Shown here piece by piece: positions 59,577-64,000 of a DNA stretch of 64,000 bases. Every line of letters starts with the position of its first letter. Position 1 is the first letter of the stretch. The stretch is from assembly GCA_965368165.1 (NCBI GenBank), contig CBDULT010000006.1:23385-87384 (forward strand). Direction: 5' to 3'. This DNA is from an uncultured Thalassospiraceae bacterium (GTDB lineage Bacteria > Pseudomonadota > Alphaproteobacteria > Rhodospirillales > JAPHRK01). The notes beneath the pieces were generated by a model. It did no database searches. It saw only the letters and a list, made by a program, of their open reading frames with translations, and was not told the DNA's origin. Made by a program: the position numbers and the translations under genes.

Positions 59577-61565
59577 TCATTTTTTTTTATCATCGGTTTC
59601 TAGGCCGGGAAGCTCGTTTTCAGAATCGATTGTATCTGTTTCTTCTTCGTTGTTTTCATCTGGTGCGAGGTCGTTTATTTGATCGCTGTCTTCATCGTCA
59701 CCCTCTTCACTTTCGGTGATACGTTTTCCTTTGCCGCCGACTTCATCGCCTTCTTTGGCGTGTCGGGCGTCTCGTCTTTCTTCGGCATGTTCATCATAAA
59801 TGATTGAGTAAAGGGTCATTGGTTTGTCGATCCCTTTGAGTTCATATTTTCCTTCATCGAAGAAATCAAGCTCAGCTGTCCCTGCGCAAATGCTTCTGAT
59901 AGTTTCGGAAACAAAAACCTCGCCTGTATCCGCCCGATCACAAATACGAGCGGCAAGCTGAACGGTTGTTCCAAACAAATCGTTATCTTCAACGATCAGT
60001 TCACCGGCATGAAGCCCTATCCTGATTTTTAGCAAAACCTCTTCGTCTGCCCTTGTCTCTGCCATAATTTGTTTTTGGATTTCAGCGGCGGCTTCAACCC
60101 CACTTGAAGAAACAGAGAAGGAGGCCATGATGCCGTCGCCCGTATGCTTTATTTCTTTGCCATTATAAACGGTCAGATTGGTGCGAACGATGCGGTTATG
60201 TTGCCGCACCACCTCTTGGGCAACCTTATCGCCTTTCTCTTGGTTGAGAGCCGTGGAACCGACCATGTCGGTGAACATAACCGTAATCGGACCCGTATCA
60301 GGGTCTTTAGGTTTCGGCTTGTTCCATTCGTTAAGAGCATTTTTCATCTGTAAGCCGACGGAGGATTCTTCTGTCGAGCGAATGCGCGAACGCATGGCAT
60401 CAATACCTGATTTGAACATATTCAGATAACGGCTATCCGTGGCTAAGTATGAATCATAGATTTTGACGAATTTGTCGGCCTGTGGTTTAGAAATACCAAG
60501 CAGGACAACTAATTCAGCCAGGACCTCATTTCTTTCATTGTTATTCAAGCCTTCTTCAATACCAAATGCATCACAAGCCCCAGCTAAAAACAGGCTCAAG
60601 CCAAACAAGTTGAATTTATCTAAACGGACGTTAGCAGCTTTGATTTCGCCAATGCCTTCCTCAAGGAAGGCAACTAAATTATTACGTAGGTTTTTAACCT
60701 GCTCAGATTCTTTTTTGACTGCTTGCCTGATGGATTCGGCCTCGGCATCACGGTCAAACGCGTCTTCCTCAATATCGTCGGCGTAAACGGTTCCTTCGTC
60801 GTCCTCTTCCTCTAGCCCATCATCTTCGCCATCTTCCCCATAAAAGCTGTCGCCCTTATCCTGAGTATAAGGGTTTTTATTCTGTGAGCGAGCTTGTCCC
60901 TGATTTTGGTTTCCGGCGCCGCTTCCAACATGGGGAAGGTCTGGGGCTGCACTGAGGTCATCTTTATTGAGGAATATGAGGGCGAGAACAATGCCTGTTA
61001 ACAAAAAGGCGAGAACGAAAACCACAAAAAGCAATGTGCCTAATTCACTACGCTGAATAACCCCTTCAAGGAGCTTGGTATTGCGCACAACAAAGGAGAT
61101 CATGCTGCTGAGGAATGTTCCGGCGATAGCGGCAACTAAAATGATAATGGCAATTTTGCCAATCAAGCCAAAGCCAGAAGTTTTGTGGTTTTTTTTGCCA
61201 GCCTCGCCCGCTTGTGGTTGATCTTCTGCGGGAGCTTGAGCTTGTGGAGCCCCTTTCGGGGCTGTTTTTGTGGTTTTTTTGGTTTTTTTTGCTGGAGGGC
61301 TTGCCCCCCCTCTTTTGGAGCCAGCCCCGGCTCCTGTTCCGGAACCGGCACTCTGATAAACAGTTACCTCAGAAGAACTGTCAGATTCTGGGTCATAAGT
61401 TTCTTTAACAACTTTGACAGTTTTGATGGATTTTTGTTTTTCGAGTTTTTCGGCTTCACTCATCGCCATGGCACGTTCTTGGTTGTCGTAGCGTCCATGC
61501 ATAGACCACCGACCATTTTGCAAGGTCAGAACTTCAAAGGTAATTTTTCTTCCTGCCATCGACAT
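59577..61565 (-). CDS. Membrane class III adenylate/guanylate cyclase
   Basis: TVMFTDMVGST, IKHTGDG, IRIGLHAG, DLFGTTVQLAARI, ELKG; two TM helices, acidic linkers. Confidence 0.9.
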   Translation of the reverse strand: MSMAGRKITFEVLTLQNGRWSMHGRYDNQERAMAMSEAEKLEKQKSIKTVKVVKETYDPESDSSSEVTVYQSAGSGTGAGAGSKRGGASPPAKKTKKTTKTAPKGAPQAQAPAEDQPQAGEAGKKNHKTSGFGLIGKIAIIILVAAIAGTFLSSMISFVVRNTKLLEGVIQRSELGTLLFVVFVLAFLLTGIVLALIFLNKDDLSAAPDLPHVGSGAGNQNQGQARSQNKNPYTQDKGDSFYGEDGEDDGLEEEDDEGTVYADDIEEDAFDRDAEAESIRQAVKKESEQVKNLRNNLVAFLEEGIGEIKAANVRLDKFNLFGLSLFLAGACDAFGIEEGLNNNERNEVLAELVVLLGISKPQADKFVKIYDSYLATDSRYLNMFKSGIDAMRSRIRSTEESSVGLQMKNALNEWNKPKPKDPDTGPITVMFTDMVGSTALNQEKGDKVAQEVVRQHNRIVRTNLTVYNGKEIKHTGDGIMASFSVSSSGVEAAAEIQKQIMAETRADEEVLLKIRIGLHAGELIVEDNDLFGTTVQLAARICDRADTGEVFVSETIRSICAGTAELDFFDEGKYELKGIDKPMTLYSIIYDEHAEERRDARHAKEGDEVGGKGKRITESEEGDDEDSDQINDLAPDENNEEETDTIDSENELPGLETDDKKK

Positions 61566-61743
61566 TCTATCAGCCCATTATCTGCTCACCAATTTATGAA
61601 CATAGCGAAGGTACCACATCATAGGGAGGCATAGCTTCAAAATTACATAGTGATTCGTTTCGAGAAAATGAAGAATTGTCTCAAAAGAGAACGAAAGCAG
61701 CGACTTGGTAATTTTAGAGGATGATTTTTAGGTGAGAGACAAC

Positions 61744-61775
61744 AAAAAGGGCGATCCATTGACAGGAACGCCCTT
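61744..61775 (-). terminator. Intrinsic terminator of rpmE
   Basis: AAGGGCG.TCC...GGA.CGCCCTT followed by a U-tract on the minus strand. Confidence 0.7.
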
Positions 61776-61812
61776 GTCGCTGACGGCAAAACCGTCGCAA
61801 AATTTCTTTGCC

Positions 61813-62037
61813 TTAGTTTTTAAGGCCGATTCCTGCAAACCGCTTGTTAAACTTGGCAAGCTGCCCGCCGCTATCCAATAGACGGTGAACGCCAGTCCAA
61901 GCCGGGTGCGACTTAGGATCAATGTCCAACTTCATTGTATCGCCTTCTTTGCCCCAAGTAGAACGGGTCTTGAAGGAAGAACCATCAGTCATGCTGACTG
62001 TGATTTCGTGGTAATCTGGGTGAATATCTTTTTTCAT
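61813..62037 (-). CDS. rpmE: 50S ribosomal protein L31 (Cys-free type)
   Basis: Start reassigned to MKKDIHPDY; [19 protein letters not shown]. Confidence 0.97.
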   Translation of the reverse strand: MKKDIHPDYHEITVSMTDGSSFKTRSTWGKEGDTMKLDIDPKSHPAWTGVHRLLDSGGQLAKFNKRFAGIGLKN

Positions 62038-62164
62038 GCTTCTGCTCCGCAAATCCAAGTGGCGTTGTATAGATGAGCCCTTAAGGGGATGCAACCTTTT
62101 TAAGCACTTGTTTGAAGGAGTTTTGATGGGTATATGCCTGAAGGAGATTTAGAAAGGGAAAAAC

Positions 62165-62494
62165 ATGGCACTCACAGACAGTTCATTTGCCGCTCTCGGT
62201 AAGAAAACATTAGAAGACATGCTCGATGCCATCGAAGGCGGGCTTGGTGATTATATGGATGTTGATCTGGTGGGCGGTATCCTGACAATTGAGTTGGATG
62301 AAGGGGGAGAGTACGTCATTAACCTTCATGCCCCAAATCAGCAGATTTGGATGTCCTCCCCGGTTAGTGGGGCTTCTCACTATGAATATAATGATGCAGA
62401 TGACACATGGGTCTCTACCAAAGGGGCGGGGGCCTTGTTTGGTATACTGGCGGCTGAGCTTTCTAAGGCCAGTGGAGAAACTTTTTCTTTTTAA
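62165..62494 (+). CDS. cyaY: Frataxin-like iron donor
   Basis: GILTI, YVINLHAPNQQIWMSSPVSG, WV. Confidence 0.93.
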   Translation: MALTDSSFAALGKKTLEDMLDAIEGGLGDYMDVDLVGGILTIELDEGGEYVINLHAPNQQIWMSSPVSGASHYEYNDADDTWVSTKGAGALFGILAAELSKASGETFSF

Positions 62495-62527
62495 GGGCCA
62501 AGGTGGGCTATTAGAGCAAAAAACACC

Positions 62528-63463
62528 CTAGCCCTCTAATGCTAATTCCTGCATCTTATCCCAGGCATGCATTTTATCAGTGATGTCCATGGCGGAACTT
62601 TTGAGCTGATTGAATGTGGTTTCTGGGATGGTTTTTTGTCCGCTGAATTCAGATTCCAGATCGACTCGAGATAAATAGATTTGTCCGACGGTTAACTCTT
62701 TGTTCTTTGTCTCTTCAATCAAAAGGGTGACAGGGTGCGACGAGGAGCCATTGCTTTGGGGGAAACGTTTTCTGTTTGAACAAAAATAGTCATAAATATT
62801 CAAATCTGTGTCGTTAAGGGATAAAATTTCTTGCTGGTGGTCTTCCAGTTGAAGGCGTTCAGCTCCTTTTGATTTATTGAGCTTCTTCATGATCATGTTG
62901 GGGAGGCAATTATAACTTAATAAGTCCTCAATGACCTGATCGGCGTTCTTATCAATATCAATCAGAGCAAATTTTTCCTCAAGTTGTGCGGTTATCTCCC
63001 CGAGGGGCGCGTTTCCCTGGAACCCCAGATGCCGACACATAAAGTTTTGGTTCTCTTCTCGCCGAAAAAAGCCTTCAAAATTAGAATTTGAAACCTGTTT
63101 ATCTTGGCGCAGACATTCATAAAGGTAAGCCGATTTTACCCGCTGAACCGGGTCCCTAAAAAGGGTCATTAGCTGAAAGCTGCTGGGGATTTTGTTATGG
63201 GTTCCAAAAGGGAGGTGTGAGGCAATAAAGCCGTAATCTATATTCTGAGGTGCCTGATCAAAAGGTGTATCGACGCGGGAGATGAAGGGCGGCTTAAACC
63301 CTGGAATGGAATTTCTGACTTGCTGGAAAAAAATAGTGCTGCTGGCTTTAATCGCCATGTAAATGGAGGTGCCGGCGGTTTTAGGAATGTGGTAGAAAAA
63401 AATACGATCAAAGGCGATTGAACTTCCGCCCCGCGCTCCTCGATAGATCCGGTATTCTTCCAT
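62528..63463 (-). CDS. Sulfotransferase family protein
   Basis: PAPS-binding motifs YHIPKTAGTS and RDPVQRVKSAY. Confidence 0.85.
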   Translation of the reverse strand: MEEYRIYRGARGGSSIAFDRIFFYHIPKTAGTSIYMAIKASSTIFFQQVRNSIPGFKPPFISRVDTPFDQAPQNIDYGFIASHLPFGTHNKIPSSFQLMTLFRDPVQRVKSAYLYECLRQDKQVSNSNFEGFFRREENQNFMCRHLGFQGNAPLGEITAQLEEKFALIDIDKNADQVIEDLLSYNCLPNMIMKKLNKSKGAERLQLEDHQQEILSLNDTDLNIYDYFCSNRKRFPQSNGSSSHPVTLLIEETKNKELTVGQIYLSRVDLESEFSGQKTIPETTFNQLKSSAMDITDKMHAWDKMQELALEG

Positions 63464-63487
63464 TTTTTGCCTTTGGGTTAATTTCGC

Positions 63488-64000
63488 CTAAACTTTACCC
63501 TGCTTCAAGAGTTTACCCGCCGCAATAACGACGATAACCATAATGATCGCTCCCCCCAAAAAGGGCCAGTCTTTTCCAAGCATAGCAAAAAGGAAGCCGG
63601 CCCAGGTTGGGCCAAGAACGCGGGCCATGGTGGAGGCGGAACGGCTCAAGCCCATCATTGCGCCTTGGTTCTCCTCTCCCGCATGTTGAGAGATCAAGCT
63701 GCTGAGCGTCGGGGTGGTGATGGAAAAGCCATAGGCTAGGAAGACCATAGATACCAGCAGGATTGGCAGGGTACTTGAAAAGGGGATCATGCCGAGGCCA
63801 ATGGCGAGGGAAATGGTGCCTTGGACAATGAGCTGACGCTCACCAAAGCGTTTTACCAACCGCCCAATTGCGCCGCCCTGGATGGCCGCACTCATAATGC
63901 CCACGAACGCGAATAGATAGCCGTTTTGTTCGGGTCCCCAGCCATAGGCCCGCTCAGACCACATGGCGAAGGTGGCCTCCATGCCAGCAAAAACAAAGGT
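63488..64000 (-). CDS. MFS transporter (TetA-like), 3' part only
   Basis: Hydrophobic helices, IGRLVKRFGERQL, QGAMMG...ARVLGP; 5' end lies beyond the window. Confidence 0.9.
   Translation of the reverse strand, partial: TFVFAGMEATFAMWSERAYGWGPEQNGYLFAFVGIMSAAIQGGAIGRLVKRFGERQLIVQGTISLAIGLGMIPFSSTLPILLVSMVFLAYGFSITTPTLSSLISQHAGEENQGAMMGLSRSASTMARVLGPTWAGFLFAMLGKDWPFLGGAIIMVIVVIAAGKLLKQGKV

Noticed and set aside
60740-61350. Low-complexity acidic and Lys/Pro tracts in the cyclase gene as DNA repeats
   Set aside because: They reflect disordered protein linkers; no exact tandem DNA repeat
61780-61800. GACGGCAAAACCGTC as a c-di-GMP-I riboswitch fragment
   Set aside because: Other conserved elements are missing and the orientation does not fit; it is a small hairpin before the rpmE terminator
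61813-62037. Cys-free L31 as a zinc-starvation paralogue
   Set aside because: This is the normal L31 form in alphaproteobacteria and no Zur-like box was seen

Overview
Core chromosomal region of an alphaproteobacterium; gene order and protein sequences point to Rhodospirillales. It carries moaE(partial)-moaD-moeA-mobB-pgsA-uvrC, an intact dnaA-dnaN-recF-gyrB cluster with a pentapeptide-repeat gene directly after gyrB, and rpsT, mutM, ubiE/ubiB. Further along are a TetR/cytochrome c module, mcl-like/mch, acnB, phasin and proC, two diguanylate cyclases, a Liv-type ABC transporter with LysR and a feruloyl-CoA synthetase-like gene, and a split Aer-like PAS + MCP pair. The last third has murJ, trpS, phoR, nadABC, ibpA with a ROSE thermometer, a class III cyclase, rpmE and cyaY. 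I saw no rRNA, tRNA, CRISPR array, transposase or prophage. Signals the gene list does not explain: (1) a family of intergenic mosaic hairpin repeats (7 cores in 5 spacers) with covarying stems, twice paired in inverted orientation 95-98 bp apart; (2) the gyrB-coupled pentapeptide-repeat gene next to a DnaA-box cluster/AT-rich tract (candidate oriC); (3) NrdR-like plus DnaA boxes upstream of a YbjN-domain gene; (4) a multibranch structured element after mutM. All calls come from reading the sequence by eye; no searches were run.
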